Positions 30,583 through 41,308 of a stretch of 64,000 nt of DNA are shown in pieces. The stretch's first letter is position 1. Each line of letters opens with the position of its first letter. This stretch comes from an uncultured Dehalococcoidia bacterium (lineage in GTDB: Bacteria; Chloroflexota; Dehalococcoidia; Lucifugimonadales; UBA3495). The DNA lies in the NCBI GenBank assembly GCA_950072105.1, contig CATMOE010000004.1:1-64000 (forward strand), read 5' to 3'. Under the pieces are notes generated by a model, which did not search any database, had not been told where the DNA came from, and was given only the letters and a program-made list of their open reading frames with translations. The position numbers and the translations under genes are program-made.

Positions 30583-31134
30583 TCACGCCTGGAGAGCGGG
30601 TCCGTCTGGGTACGGGAGATTCAGCGGCGGCCCCCATAGCTTGACCCCGCTCTTGCCATCGACTTCGGCCATGATTTCCCGCACCGTCAGCCCAAGCACC
30701 GGATGGGTCAGTTCGGGAGCTAATTCCGCCAGCGGCGCCAGCACGAACGCCCTTTGGTGCAACCGGGGATGGGGTATCTGAAGATTTGCTTGCTCGACGA
30801 TAATGGCGCCGTAAAACAATATATCCACGTCGATGACTCTCGGTCCGTATCTAAGGCTCCATTCCCGGCCCATCTCCCGCTCCACCCCTTGGGTGATATC
30901 TAGGAGCTGGTCCGATGCTAGCCCGGTTTCCACCTCTAGGACGCAGTTGAGAAAGTCAGGCTGGTTGGCATATCCCCATGGAGCAGTCTCGTAGACGGAC
31001 GACGATCGCAGTGATTGAAGATTGCTTACCGGCTCTGCCGGAGACCGGAACAATAACTCGGCTGCCCTTTCCAGGTTTTTCCGGCGTTCTCCCAGATTGG
31101 TGCCCAAACCCAGGTATGCCGTTACCGTTTCCAA
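30583..31134 (-). CDS. folK: HPPK, dihydropteridine diphosphokinase
   Basis: AYLGLGTNLG, YET.PWG, GPRVIDVDIL, IPHPR...RAFVL.PL; TTG start after GGAGG. Confidence 0.95.
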   Translation of the reverse strand: METVTAYLGLGTNLGERRKNLERAAELLFRSPAEPVSNLQSLRSSSVYETAPWGYANQPDFLNCVLEVETGLASDQLLDITQGVEREMGREWSLRYGPRVIDVDILFYGAIIVEQANLQIPHPRLHQRAFVLAPLAELAPELTHPVLGLTVREIMAEVDGKSGVKLWGPPLNLPYPDGPALQA

Positions 31135-31985
31135 CCCGAAGGCCTCCAGCCCCGGACCACCGCATCGCTCATCCGGCAAACCCGAACCATGTGCCGCACG
31201 TCGTGAACCCGGACGATGTCCACTCCTGCAGCGATGGCTAGGGCCACCGTGGCAGCCGTTCCTTCTACTCTTTCCTCTACGGCCAGGTCCAGCACCATGC
31301 CGATGGTCGACTTGCGTGACGTGCCCAGCAGCAATGGATAACCCAAGGACGTGAACTCCCGCAATCGGTTCAGGATCTCAAGGTTGTGGTCGGGCGTCTT
31401 GCCGAACCCACTGCCTGGGTCGAAGATGATGTTTCCCTTGGGGACGCCGGCGTCGAGAGCGGTCTTGGCGCTGGCGGACAGACTGGAGGAGATGTCAGGT
31501 ATAAGGTCGTTGTAATGGCGTCCCTTCTGGTTGTGCATCAGAATGAGACCCGCGCCGGTCTGGGCGGCCACTATCGCGATCTCCGGTTCGGATTTCAGGC
31601 CCCATTGGTCATTGATAATCGCGGCGCCGGCGGCTACGGCGGTCTGGGCAACCACCGCCTTGCTGGTGTCCACGCTGACCGGCAGGTTGACGCGGGAAAC
31701 CATTGCCTCCAAAGCAGGCATAAGCCGCTCCAGTTCCTCTTCGGCGGTGACGGATTCATGGCCGGGACGGGTGGACTCGGCTCCTACATCTATAAAGTCG
31801 GCGCCTTCGGCCTCGAACCTTAGCGCTTGTTCAACGGCCACGGAAACGTCCGAGCCCAAGCCGTCGCCGGAAAAGGAATCGGGAGTCAGGTTGATTATTC
31901 CCATGACGTAGGTGCGCTGTCCCCACACCAGGGGCTCGCCATTGGCTACGGAAAGTTGGTTCAAAGGAGGCACCAGGATTCTCAC
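31122..31985 (-). CDS. folP: Dihydropteroate synthase
   Basis: MGIINLTPDSFS, GAESTRPG, DPG.GFGK, SRKS, RVHDV. Confidence 0.97.
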   Translation of the reverse strand: MRILVPPLNQLSVANGEPLVWGQRTYVMGIINLTPDSFSGDGLGSDVSVAVEQALRFEAEGADFIDVGAESTRPGHESVTAEEELERLMPALEAMVSRVNLPVSVDTSKAVVAQTAVAAGAAIINDQWGLKSEPEIAIVAAQTGAGLILMHNQKGRHYNDLIPDISSSLSASAKTALDAGVPKGNIIFDPGSGFGKTPDHNLEILNRLREFTSLGYPLLLGTSRKSTIGMVLDLAVEERVEGTAATVALAIAAGVDIVRVHDVRHMVRVCRMSDAVVRGWRPSGWKR

Positions 31986-32112
31986 GGTCGATCAAGAGGT
32001 ATAAGACGGTTCGCAGCCTATTCTACCACTCGGTCACCCTCGCCTTGCACCGCTTATACCCGTCTGCTAGGATGGGGCCAACCTGCCCGGCGGCGGGGGT
32101 TGCGAGGGGCTA

Positions 32113-33678
32113 GTGACAGCAGAAAACCAGTCGATTCAAATGAAATTGGTCACTCTGGAGCAGATGCGCCAGCAAGCCCAAAAGGGCGGCGGCCAGGAGC
32201 GCATAGACCAACAGCATAGCCGGGGCAAACTGACGGCCCGTGAGCGAATGGCGTTGTTGATGGACGACGGCTCCTTCGTTGAGATGGACACGTTCGTCAC
32301 TCACCGGGCGACGGATTTCGGCTTGGCCGACCGCAAGTTTTTGGGAGACGCGGTGGTCACCGGATATGGCCGGGTCGACGGCCGGCAAGTCTTCGCCTTC
32401 GCCCAGGACTTCACCGTGTTCGGGGGCTCTTTGTCCGAAGTGGTGAGCCAGAAGATCTGTAAAGTTATGGACCTGGCGGCCAAGACCGGCTGTCCGCTGG
32501 TAGGTCTGAATGACTCCGGGGGCGCGCGGATCCAGGAAGGGGTCACCAGCCTGGCCGCCTACGGGGATATCTTCCTGCGTAATACCCTGTTCTCCGGGGT
32601 GATACCCCAAATCTCGGTGATCGTGGGACCGGCAGCGGGAGGGGCAGTATACTCTCCGGCCATAACCGATTTTGTGTTTATGGTCAGCGGCACCGGTCAG
32701 ATGTACATCACGGGACCGGACGTGATCAAAGCGGTTACCGGCGAGGATGTTACCCACGAGGAGCTGGGCGGAGCGGCTTCCCATGCCACCCGCAGCGGCG
32801 TGGCCCAATTCGTTTATGAAACCGAGGAAGAGTGTCTGGCCGAAGTGCGGCGGCTGTTAGGTTTCCTCCCCGGCAATAATCTGGACGATTCACCCCTTGT
32901 AGTCACCGGCGATGGGGCAGGCCGGACTGACCCGGACCTTGCCCAATTGGTTCCGGATGACGCTAACCGGCCCTACGACATGCGGGACATTATCTATCGG
33001 ATCGTCGATGACGAGGAGTTCATGGAGGTCCATCAAAGTTTCGCTCCCAACATCTTGGTGGGCTTGAGCCGCCTCGACGGCCGCACGGTGGGCATCATCG
33101 GCAATCAGCCCCAACATCTGGCCGGAGTCTTGGACATCGACGCTTCCAACAAAGCAGCCCGGTTCGTCCGGTTTTGCGACTGCTTCAACATCCCCCTGGT
33201 GACATTGGTTGATGTTCCCGGATTCATGCCGGGCGTAGATCAGGAGCACGGCGGCATCATCCGCCACGGCGCAAAACTGATCTACGCCTATGCTGAGGCT
33301 ACGGTTCCCAAGGTTAGCGTCATCATACGGAAGGCCTACGGCGGGGCTTACATCGTGATGAGCAGCAAGCACCTGAGATCTGATGTCAACTTCGTTTGGC
33401 CATCGGCGGAGATTGCCGTGATGGGCGCCGAGGGCGCGGTTAACATAATTCACCGGGGGGAGATATCCAGCGCCGAAGACCCTGACCAGACCAGGAAGGA
33501 GTTGGTGGCCGACTACCAGGAAAAGTTCACCAATCCTTACGTGGCGGCTAGCCGGGGTTACGTGGACGACATCATCGATCCGTCAGAAACGAGGCCCCGC
33601 TTGATCCGAGCCTTGGAGATGCTGCAAAACAAGCGGGATACACTGCCGGCCAAGAAACACGGCAATATACCGTTATAG
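32113..33678 (+). CDS. pccB: Acyl-CoA (propionyl/methylmalonyl-CoA) carboxyltransferase subunit
   Basis: [43 protein letters not shown]. Confidence 0.9.
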   Translation: MTAENQSIQMKLVTLEQMRQQAQKGGGQERIDQQHSRGKLTARERMALLMDDGSFVEMDTFVTHRATDFGLADRKFLGDAVVTGYGRVDGRQVFAFAQDFTVFGGSLSEVVSQKICKVMDLAAKTGCPLVGLNDSGGARIQEGVTSLAAYGDIFLRNTLFSGVIPQISVIVGPAAGGAVYSPAITDFVFMVSGTGQMYITGPDVIKAVTGEDVTHEELGGAASHATRSGVAQFVYETEEECLAEVRRLLGFLPGNNLDDSPLVVTGDGAGRTDPDLAQLVPDDANRPYDMRDIIYRIVDDEEFMEVHQSFAPNILVGLSRLDGRTVGIIGNQPQHLAGVLDIDASNKAARFVRFCDCFNIPLVTLVDVPGFMPGVDQEHGGIIRHGAKLIYAYAEATVPKVSVIIRKAYGGAYIVMSSKHLRSDVNFVWPSAEIAVMGAEGAVNIIHRGEISSAEDPDQTRKELVADYQEKFTNPYVAASRGYVDDIIDPSETRPRLIRALEMLQNKRDTLPAKKHGNIPL

Positions 33679-33727
33679 CAAGCAGCTTTCGGCTATCAGC
33701 GTTCAGGAGAACCGATAGCTGATAGCC
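33678..33727. repeat. Heptamer (nnTCAGC / GCTGAnn) tandem array with inverted halves
   Basis: agctttcggctatcagcgttcag ... ccgatagctgatagc. Confidence 0.7.
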
Positions 33728-33749
33728 TTCAACCCAAAGGAGTGTATCC

Positions 33750-34757
33750 GTGGAATTTGGCGTCTTCTACCAGTTGCCTTGCTCGGAAGATCAGTCACCG
33801 TCACAGCGGTATTCCGACACCATCGCCCAGTCCCAACTAGCCGACGAATTGGGTTTCGACTCCGTGTGGCTGGCCGAACTGCACTTCAATCCGGAATTTT
33901 CCATCATGCCGGCGCCACTCCTGGTGGCCTCGGCTATCGCCCAAACAACCAAGCGGATAAAGGTGGGCACCGCCGTCAATCTGATGCCTTTACATAATCC
34001 GGTGCGATTAGCGGAAGAGGCCGCGACACTGGATGTTATTTCCGGCGGACGGGCCATCTTCGGTATCGGCAGGGGCTCCAATCCCCGCCAGTTCGCAGGC
34101 TACGGCGTCGACATAGCCGAGGGACGGGAAAGATTCCTAGAAGCCTTGGACTTTGTTCTGAAAGCCTGGACCTGCGACAAGCTTTCCTACGAAGGCGAGT
34201 ATTTTCAAGCCCAGGATCTGAGGATCACGCCCAAACCGCTGCAAGATCCCCATCCTCCGGTGTACATCGCTTCCAATAGTGCGGACACTTTCGGTATCGT
34301 TGGTTCTTTGGGACACAACATCCTGGTAGCGCCGTTAGTTGTTTCCGTTCAGGGGGCACTGGACGGTCTGGCGGTGTACCGGGAAGCATTGGGCGAACAT
34401 GGTCACGACCCGGCCAAGGTAAAGGTCAACGTGAACGTTCCGGTGTACGTCACCAAGGACAAGAGCAAGGCCAAAGGCATGCCCCAGGCCAGCTTTGACA
34501 ACTATCTGGGCCTGATCCGGGCCAACCGGACACGGTCGCTTAGGGGTATCTCCGAACTGACGTACGACCGGGTGTACGATGACTTTGCCGCCATCGGAGA
34601 CCCGGACCAGGTCGTGGAGAAGCTGAGATCGTTGGGCGGTAGGTATCAGAACCAAGAGTTCATGTGCTGGTTCAACACCGGTGGCATGCTTCCCCACAAT
34701 GAAGTGGAAAAATCCATGCGCCTCTTTGCTGAAGAGGTGATGCCTCATTTTGGGTAG
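33750..34757 (+). CDS. LLM-class flavin-dependent oxidoreductase
   Basis: GFDSVWLAE.HF, NPVRLAEE.ATLD..SGGR, PKPLQ.PHPP, LFAEEVMPHF. Confidence 0.92.
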   Translation: MEFGVFYQLPCSEDQSPSQRYSDTIAQSQLADELGFDSVWLAELHFNPEFSIMPAPLLVASAIAQTTKRIKVGTAVNLMPLHNPVRLAEEAATLDVISGGRAIFGIGRGSNPRQFAGYGVDIAEGRERFLEALDFVLKAWTCDKLSYEGEYFQAQDLRITPKPLQDPHPPVYIASNSADTFGIVGSLGHNILVAPLVVSVQGALDGLAVYREALGEHGHDPAKVKVNVNVPVYVTKDKSKAKGMPQASFDNYLGLIRANRTRSLRGISELTYDRVYDDFAAIGDPDQVVEKLRSLGGRYQNQEFMCWFNTGGMLPHNEVEKSMRLFAEEVMPHFG

Positions 34758-34864
34758 CGGTCAGCTTTCAGCTATCAGGAGACCGGTGAAATTCCTGAAG
34801 CCCATGCCGGTTTTTTTGGATGACATCAAAAATGCTGACGGCTGAACGCTGATAGCTGAAAGCT
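34756..34864. repeat. Heptamer tandem array with inverted halves
   Basis: AGCTTTCAGCTATCAG (34763-34778) is the exact reverse complement of CTGATAGCTGAAAGCT (34849-34864). Confidence 0.8.
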
Positions 34865-34874
34865 AGGGTAACCA

Positions 34875-36215
34875 ATGTCCTTGTTCGAACACCAAGCCCA
34901 AAGGCAGATGGCTAAGAACGCACCGCTGGCGGACCGGATGCGCCCCCGGACGTTCGATGAGTTTGTCGGCCAAGAGCACGTGGTTGGCGTGGACCGGGTG
35001 CTGCGGCGGGCTATCCAGGCCGACCGGCTGCCATCCATTATCCTATGGGGACCGCCGGGCAGCGGCAAAACTACCCTGGCCCGGTTGATCTCGGGCGTCA
35101 CTCAAGCCTCTTTCCAATCCGTCAGCGCCGTCACCTCCGGAGTGGCCGACTTGAGGCGCATCGTCGCGGAGGCACGGGACCGCCTGGGGATGCACCAGGA
35201 AAAGACCATTCTGTTCGTCGACGAGATTCACCGATTCAACAAGTCGCAGCAAGACGTGATCCTTCCCCATGTGGAAGACGGCACCGTGACCTTTATCGGA
35301 GCGACCACGGAGAACCCATCTTTTGAAGTCAACGCTCCCTTGCTGTCCCGGTGCCGGGTGTTCGCCCTTCAATTATTGACTCCCGAAGAGGTGGAAAAGA
35401 TCGTCCAACGGGCCTTGTCCGAACCCCAAAGGGGTTTGGGCGAACTAGGTTTAGAGCTGGAACAACCGGCGCTGGAACACTTGGTAGACATGGCCAACGG
35501 TGACGCCCGGGTAGCTTTGAACGCATTGGAGACCGCCGCCTTCGCCACGTCCGGCGTAGAAGACGCGACCACGATCGACCTCGAAACGATCTCCGATGCC
35601 TTGCAGCGCCGCCCTCCCTTGTATGACAAAGCCGGGGAGGGGCACTACGACACGATCTCTGCTTTCATCAAGTCGGTGCGCGGGTCTTCTCCTGACGGGG
35701 CGTTATATTGGCTGGCGCGGATGATCGAGTCGGGAGAGGACCCGCTGTTCATCGCCCGCAGATTGGTCATCTTGGCTGCCGAGGATATCGGACTGGCCCA
35801 ACCGGAAGCCTTGGCGTTGGCCGTGGCGGCCCAGCAAGCCGTCCACTTCCTGGGCATGCCCGAAGCGCGAATCCCCCTGGCGGAAGCTACGGTGTACCTG
35901 GCCACCGCCCCCAAGAGCAACTCGGCCTACATGGCCTTGGAACAGGCGCTGGATGACGTGCGTAAACGGGCTGGCGAGCCCGTCCCCCTGCATCTGCGTA
36001 ACGCCGTCACCGGTTTGATGCGCAACATGGGCTACGGCAAGGACTACCAGTACGCCCACGACCATCCGGGACACTTTGTCGAGCAGGATTTCCTGCCTCC
36101 CTCATTGAAGGACCGCCGGTATTACCAACCGACGGAGGAGGGGACCGAGAAAGAGATCAGCAAAAGAATGAAGGAGTGGTGGGGTGATGGGGACAAGCAG
36201 GACTCAGGCGTCTAA
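34875..36215 (+). CDS. rarA: Replication-associated recombination protein A (MgsA)
   Basis: PLADRMRP, GPPGSGKTT, DEIHRFNKSQQD, ATTENPSF, SAFIKS.RGS, PKSN. Confidence 0.97.
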   Translation: MSLFEHQAQRQMAKNAPLADRMRPRTFDEFVGQEHVVGVDRVLRRAIQADRLPSIILWGPPGSGKTTLARLISGVTQASFQSVSAVTSGVADLRRIVAEARDRLGMHQEKTILFVDEIHRFNKSQQDVILPHVEDGTVTFIGATTENPSFEVNAPLLSRCRVFALQLLTPEEVEKIVQRALSEPQRGLGELGLELEQPALEHLVDMANGDARVALNALETAAFATSGVEDATTIDLETISDALQRRPPLYDKAGEGHYDTISAFIKSVRGSSPDGALYWLARMIESGEDPLFIARRLVILAAEDIGLAQPEALALAVAAQQAVHFLGMPEARIPLAEATVYLATAPKSNSAYMALEQALDDVRKRAGEPVPLHLRNAVTGLMRNMGYGKDYQYAHDHPGHFVEQDFLPPSLKDRRYYQPTEEGTEKEISKRMKEWWGDGDKQDSGV

Positions 36216-36275
36216 GCATCAGTATTTGCCACACCGGAAACGCAACTATTTAGGTCTAAAGCTGGTATCGCGTGA

Positions 36276-36304
36276 GTAGGGGCGGGTTTCAAACCCGCCC
36301 CTAC
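36276..36304. repeat. GTAG-type REP palindrome
   Basis: GTAGGGGCGGGTTT-C-AAACCCGCCCCTAC between convergent genes. Confidence 0.85.
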
Positions 36305-36352
36305 TCGGTGCCGCCGATGTCCATTTGGCTCTTGGAATAGTCCGAACACAGA

Positions 36353-36943
36353 TTACCCGGTACTCAGCGCACTAATCACATCTTCAGATCCGACCACATC
36401 CGTTTGGCGGGGGAAGATTCGCTGGGTGAGGAAGTCGTGGACCTCCGGGTCCTGGTCGGAGCAGCAGTCTTCCACCACCAGTAGCCGGTAATCTAGGTCG
36501 GCGGCGTAGCGCACCGTGGAGAGGACCACGCCGCTGGTGGCATAACCTAGGATGACCAGGGTCTCGATATTGTTGGACCGCAACACCATGTCCAGGTCGG
36601 TGCCGAACAGAGCGTTGACCCGGTGCTTGCCCACCACCACCTCGCCGGGCAGGGGCTTGACCGACGGGTGGATCAGTTGCACCGGGTCGCTGACCGCCTC
36701 TTGTCCCGAGTTTTTCCGCTGGCTGAACGTCTTGTTGCGTGCGCTGATCTCCAGGTATCCCGGCCGGAACACGGTGGCCGAGTAGCAGACCAAGATCCCT
36801 GCGTCCCGCGCCGCCCGCTGCAAGGCCCGAGTTTTGTCCACAACCTTGCGGTCCACCGCGTGGGGCAGCGACCCCATCATCTCCACGTAGAAGTCGGCGA
36901 TGAGCAGGGCGGTGGTGGTTTTGTCCAACTCTATGCTAGGCAC
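36353..36943 (-). CDS. Isochorismatase/cysteine hydrolase family protein
   Basis: TALLI.D, K.R.NA..GTDL, G.ATSGVVLST.R.A.D.DY, DCC.D; GTG start after GGAG. Confidence 0.88.
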   Translation of the reverse strand: MPSIELDKTTTALLIADFYVEMMGSLPHAVDRKVVDKTRALQRAARDAGILVCYSATVFRPGYLEISARNKTFSQRKNSGQEAVSDPVQLIHPSVKPLPGEVVVGKHRVNALFGTDLDMVLRSNNIETLVILGYATSGVVLSTVRYAADLDYRLLVVEDCCSDQDPEVHDFLTQRIFPRQTDVVGSEDVISALSTG

Positions 36944-37040
36944 ATCAGCTCTCCCTGCGAGCGATCCGCGGACAGTCGTCAAGGGGGCATGTCAAGGCGA
37001 GCAAACCTGATTCGATGTTCCGATCGAGGCCATCGCCCGG

Positions 37041-37409
37041 CTATGCCTCGGGCAACTTGGTATAGTAGCAAAGCCGCTCCGAGAGCACGCCCTGGTCGCC
37101 CACCTTGATCAGGCCGCTGCCCTGTATCGGCGTACCGGGGACTGTCCACCAGACCCAGGCGGTGATTACCCCTTGGTCTTCCTGGGTGACCACTTCCGTG
37201 ATATCAAGCAACGGGTCGCTGGTCTTGCCACGTATACCTTCGACAACTTGCCACATTCCCGACAGGTACTCGGCGAAGCCCTGTTTGTTAATCATCCCGG
37301 CGTTGGGATCATCCAACTGGTAGTTGTCGGCCAGAGACCCCGTTATGATCTGGGCGTCACCCTTGGTCCAGCCCTCGGCGTACTGGCCTAGATAATCTCC
37401 TGCTGCCAT
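37041..37409 (-). CDS. SnoaL/NTF2-like small protein
   Basis: Y...W..GD......LADNY..DDP pattern; GGGGG RBS. Confidence 0.6.
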   Translation of the reverse strand: MAAGDYLGQYAEGWTKGDAQIITGSLADNYQLDDPNAGMINKQGFAEYLSGMWQVVEGIRGKTSDPLLDITEVVTQEDQGVITAWVWWTVPGTPIQGSGLIKVGDQGVLSERLCYYTKLPEA

Positions 37410-37467
37410 AGTATTCCCCCTTTATACGGATATTTGCGTCTTGGCGATAGCCTGATCGGGTCCTTTC

Positions 37468-37497
37468 CTGATGGCTGAATGCTGACCGCTGAGAGCT
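37468..37497. repeat. Heptamer (GCTGAnn) tandem array
   Basis: ctgatg gctgaat gctgacc gctgaga gct. Confidence 0.7.
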
Positions 37498-38543
37498 CAG
37501 CGCAATGCCCTGACCGCCTTGGAAGTTCGGCTCAGAGTTTCCTCCACATCTTCGCTGGAGATGTGCCGGTGGGTAACCATTCGGATCGCTGTTGGGCTTG
37601 GTGAGGAAACCTTGACGTCTTCGGCGCCCAAAGCGCCGATCAGCTTGGCAGAGGGGCCCAGGGATGGGTCCACTTCAAATATCACGATGTTGGTGTGGAT
37701 GCTGTCCGGGTCAACGGTCAGTCCGTCGATGTTGGCCAGGCCTTGGGCTAACCGGCGGGCGTTGGCGTGGTCGTCGGCCAAACGGTCGATCATGCTATCC
37801 AAAGCCACCAGTCCCGCGGCTGCCAGAACGCCTGCCTGCCGCATGCCGCCACCGACCATCTTCCGCCACTTGTTGGCCCGGTCGATGAACTCTCGCGTCC
37901 CGCAGAGAACCGAACCCACCGGGCAACTCAGGGCCTTGGATAGGCAGAAACTTACGTCGTCCACGTCCTTGACCAATTCTTTCGCGGGAACTTCCAAAGC
38001 CACTGCGGCGTTGAAGAGACGGGCGCCGTCCAGGTGGACGCTGGCTCCGGCGGCGTGGGCGACTTGGCCTATCTTGGCGGTATCCTCCGGAGTCAGAACG
38101 CCGCCGCTGCACCGGTTATGGGTATTTTCCAAGCAGACCATGGTGGTGGGAGACGTGTGCACATTGCCCGGTGGACGAATAGCGGCCTCCAGGTCGGCAG
38201 GGTCGATGCGTCCCTGATCATCATTGGGTATCAGTCTGATCTGGGCTCCGGCTAGAGCCGACGCGCCGCCGGCCTCGTTCCAGAACATATGGGCCTGGTC
38301 GCCCATGACGATCTCATCGCCCCGATGGCAATAGGTCAGCGCAGCCACCAAGTTGCTCATGGTGCCGCTGGCCATCAGCAGGCCGGCCTCTTTGCCTAAC
38401 ATCTCCGCCGCCCGCTCTTGAAGTTTGTTTACGCTAGGGTCTTCGCCGTATACGTCATCGCCCACTTCGGCGTTGGCCATGGCTTGGCGCATCTCCTCGG
38501 TGGGTTGGGTTAGGGTGTCGCTACGCAGATCAATAACGTCCAT
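37497..38543 (-). CDS. ltaE: Low-specificity L-threonine aldolase
   Basis: [42 protein letters not shown]. Confidence 0.95.
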   Translation of the reverse strand: MDVIDLRSDTLTQPTEEMRQAMANAEVGDDVYGEDPSVNKLQERAAEMLGKEAGLLMASGTMSNLVAALTYCHRGDEIVMGDQAHMFWNEAGGASALAGAQIRLIPNDDQGRIDPADLEAAIRPPGNVHTSPTTMVCLENTHNRCSGGVLTPEDTAKIGQVAHAAGASVHLDGARLFNAAVALEVPAKELVKDVDDVSFCLSKALSCPVGSVLCGTREFIDRANKWRKMVGGGMRQAGVLAAAGLVALDSMIDRLADDHANARRLAQGLANIDGLTVDPDSIHTNIVIFEVDPSLGPSAKLIGALGAEDVKVSSPSPTAIRMVTHRHISSEDVEETLSRTSKAVRALR

Positions 38544-38588
38544 GGAGACTCCTAAGTTCTTCGGGATAAGCGGTATTCTATCAAAAAA

Positions 38589-38738
38589 AGCTTTCAGCTA
38601 TCAGCAGGCCAGCGTTCAGCCGTCAGCTTTCAGTGCTCAGCTATTGGCTACCTACCTTTCACAGGCATTCGAAAAACCGGTCCGGGTTCCACGCCGGATG
38701 GTCTCCTGATCGCTGAAGGCTGACCGCTGATAGCTGTC
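38589..38738. repeat. Heptamer tandem array with inverted halves
   Basis: About 8 nnTCAGC-like units (38589-38650) and about 4 GCTGAnn units (38707-38738). Confidence 0.8.
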
Positions 38739-38802
38739 GGCTTCCTTGCTAAACTCTACAAGCTCTCCTAAGATGGTGTTAGCAAACAGGAGGAAGGAAG
38801 CC

Positions 38803-39444
38803 GTGCGCCAGAGTGCCGTATCGTTCAAAACCAAGGGATTGACTTTTGAGGGCGTAATGGCCCAACCCGAGCAGGAGATAAGCTCCTTGCCAGGAGTTGT
38901 CATCTGCCATCCCCATCCCTTGTTCGGCGGCAACATGGATAACAATGTTGTCCTAGCCGTGTCCCACGCGCTGGTGGAGCGAGGCTTCGTCACTCTCCGT
39001 TTCAACTTCCGGGGAGTTGGCAACAGTGAAGGGGAGCACTCCAAGGGTGAGCAGGAAAGCCAGGAAGTCCTGGCGGCCCTTGACCTGATGAGAGCCTGGC
39101 CCGGTGTAGATTCGAAAAAGATCGGGCTCGCCGGGTACTCTTTTGGCTCATCGGTGGTCCTCGGCAGCGCCTCATTGCACAAGAAAGTCAAGGCGATCGC
39201 ATTGATCTCGCCGCCGCTGCGGGCCGTGGAGAGCACGCCGCTGAAGAAAGGGAAACAGCCGACGTTCATCATAACCGGCGACCGGGATAAGCTGGTGCAG
39301 TCGGATCAATTGGACTCCGTGCTGGGCGCTTTTTCCCGAAAACCCGTAGTTAGCATCGTGGCTGGGGCCGATCATTTCTGGGCCGGCCATGAGAATGAGA
39401 TGATTCCAGAGGTCGTCAAGCACTTTTCCGAGCACTTGAAGTAA
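38803..39444 (+). CDS. Alpha/beta hydrolase
   Basis: CHPHPLFGGNM.N.VV, RFNFRGVG.SEG, GYSFG, GADHF; GTG start after AGGAGG. Confidence 0.9.
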   Translation: MRQSAVSFKTKGLTFEGVMAQPEQEISSLPGVVICHPHPLFGGNMDNNVVLAVSHALVERGFVTLRFNFRGVGNSEGEHSKGEQESQEVLAALDLMRAWPGVDSKKIGLAGYSFGSSVVLGSASLHKKVKAIALISPPLRAVESTPLKKGKQPTFIITGDRDKLVQSDQLDSVLGAFSRKPVVSIVAGADHFWAGHENEMIPEVVKHFSEHLK

Positions 39445-39450
39445 ATCTCC

Positions 39451-40368
39451 ATGGCATCGAACGGAGATCTTCCCGGCCCGGAGGCAACCGGGCCGCCGGC
39501 GATGTACAAGGACCTAGTCCTCCTCCAGTTGGCCGCCCTGATTTTTCTCGCGGATCAGTTCACCAAGTACTTGGCCCGGGCATTTCTGGATTTTGGCGAG
39601 TCATTCCCCCGGTACGGATTCATCCGGATCACCCACACCCAAAACACGGGCAGCGCCTTCGGTCTCTTCCCTGACCAAAACACCGCGTTGATCCTGGTGG
39701 CCTTCTTGGGCATCATCATTCTGGCGCTGCTTTACCGTAATCTTCGACCCGCTACGAATCTGCTGCGGCTTAGTTTGGGTCTCCAGATGGGCGGGGCTGC
39801 CGGTAATCTTCTGGACCGCTTGCTCCAGGGACACGTTACCGACTTTGTCGACATTGGCCCGTGGCCCGTGTTCAACGTCGCGGATTCCTCGATCGTGACT
39901 GGTCTGTTGCTGCTATTTTGGCTCCATGGCATACCGTGGGAACGCTTTGGACGTGGCAGGCAGGCAGAAGAAATTGCGGAGGCTGCCCGGTCTGCTCTGA
40001 TGGATCAACGTCAGTCATCGTGGTGCCCAGTCTGCGACGGGGTCATGGAGCCGGTGACGTGGGGATGGCGTTGCTCTACCTGCGGCGTTAAAGAACGGAT
40101 CGAACAAGTGATTGACACTCATAAGCCGTCGTCTGAAATCTCAACGCATCCTGCGGCATCTGGATCTGATCCGGACGCTGTTTACCGCGGCGGACCGGAC
40201 TTCGAGGCTACCCATTCTTATCGGTATGTGGACACACCGGACGCAACGGCTCACGTGGAACCGCCTATATCGCAAGATGAAGATGGGCAGCACTCTGGAC
40301 TCACGGAAAACGAGGAAGCTGGAGCAGCCAGCCCTTCGAATCTTGGCCCAGGCGAAAGGCCGGAATGA
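39451..40368 (+). CDS. lspA: Lipoprotein signal peptidase II with C-terminal Zn-ribbon/acidic extension
   Basis: DQFTK, NTGSAFG, GGAAGNLLDR, VTDF, FNVAD; then CPVC...CSTC. Confidence 0.9.
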   Translation: MASNGDLPGPEATGPPAMYKDLVLLQLAALIFLADQFTKYLARAFLDFGESFPRYGFIRITHTQNTGSAFGLFPDQNTALILVAFLGIIILALLYRNLRPATNLLRLSLGLQMGGAAGNLLDRLLQGHVTDFVDIGPWPVFNVADSSIVTGLLLLFWLHGIPWERFGRGRQAEEIAEAARSALMDQRQSSWCPVCDGVMEPVTWGWRCSTCGVKERIEQVIDTHKPSSEISTHPAASGSDPDAVYRGGPDFEATHSYRYVDTPDATAHVEPPISQDEDGQHSGLTENEEAGAASPSNLGPGERPE

Positions 40369-41297
40369 CTGCGTCGATCGGGACTGCTCGGGATTCCCAT
40401 AGAGAGTTCAAAGTCGAAGCGGGACAGGTGCGGTTGGACCAGTTTTTGGCCCTTCAGGATACTCAACTCACACGGGCTCAATTGCATCGATTAATCGTGC
40501 AAGGCCAGGTCCTTCTCAACGGGCGATCCGCCAAACCGGCCCAAAAGGTTCGCTCCGGGGATCTGGTTTCTCTTACCATTCCGCCGCCTCGGGTAACCGA
40601 TGTGGTGCCGCAGTGGATGCCGCTGACCCTGGTATACCAGGACAGCGACATAGTTGTCATCGATAAACCCGCCGGTCTTTCGGTGCACCCCGGTCCAGGG
40701 CACCCCGACCAAACATTGGTGAATGGATTACTGGCCCGATGCCCCGACATTCAGGGGGTTGGCGGCGAAATCCGGCCGGGCATCGTCCACCGGTTGGACA
40801 AAGATACTTCTGGATTGATGATGGTCGCCAAGAACCACTACGCCCACCAGGAACTCTCCAATCAGATAAAAGACCGCCGGGTAACCAAAGGTTACATGGC
40901 CCTGACCACCGGCGTCGTGTCCCCGGACTCCGGAATCATCGACCAGCCCATCGCCCGGGACCCGCGGCACCGTAAACGGATGGCCGTGGTGGCTGGAGGG
41001 CGGGAATCCCGCACCCGGTACCGCGTCCTGGGAAATCCGTCTGGACATAGCCTGTTGGAATTGGCTCTAGAGACCGGCCGAACCCATCAGATCAGGGTCC
41101 ACTTGGCCCATCTGGGACACCCGCTGCTAGGCGACGGAGTATACGGCAAAGCCAGCCCTCTCTTAGACCGGCACTTTCTGCACGCCAACCTGTTGGGGTT
41201 CCAACATCCCAGGACCGGAGAAGCGTTGGAGTTCCGGGCCGATCTGCCCCCCGAATTGGCGGGGGTATTGGATGATTTGAGGTCGGGAACCGGTTAA
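40365..41297 (+). CDS. rluD: RluA/RluD-family pseudouridine synthase with S4 domain
   Basis: RLDQFL, KPAGL.VHP, RPGIVHRLDKDTSGL, TGRTHQIRVH. Confidence 0.9.
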   Translation: MTASIGTARDSHREFKVEAGQVRLDQFLALQDTQLTRAQLHRLIVQGQVLLNGRSAKPAQKVRSGDLVSLTIPPPRVTDVVPQWMPLTLVYQDSDIVVIDKPAGLSVHPGPGHPDQTLVNGLLARCPDIQGVGGEIRPGIVHRLDKDTSGLMMVAKNHYAHQELSNQIKDRRVTKGYMALTTGVVSPDSGIIDQPIARDPRHRKRMAVVAGGRESRTRYRVLGNPSGHSLLELALETGRTHQIRVHLAHLGHPLLGDGVYGKASPLLDRHFLHANLLGFQHPRTGEALEFRADLPPELAGVLDDLRSGTG

Positions 41298-41308
41298 AGC
41301 CCCGTCTC

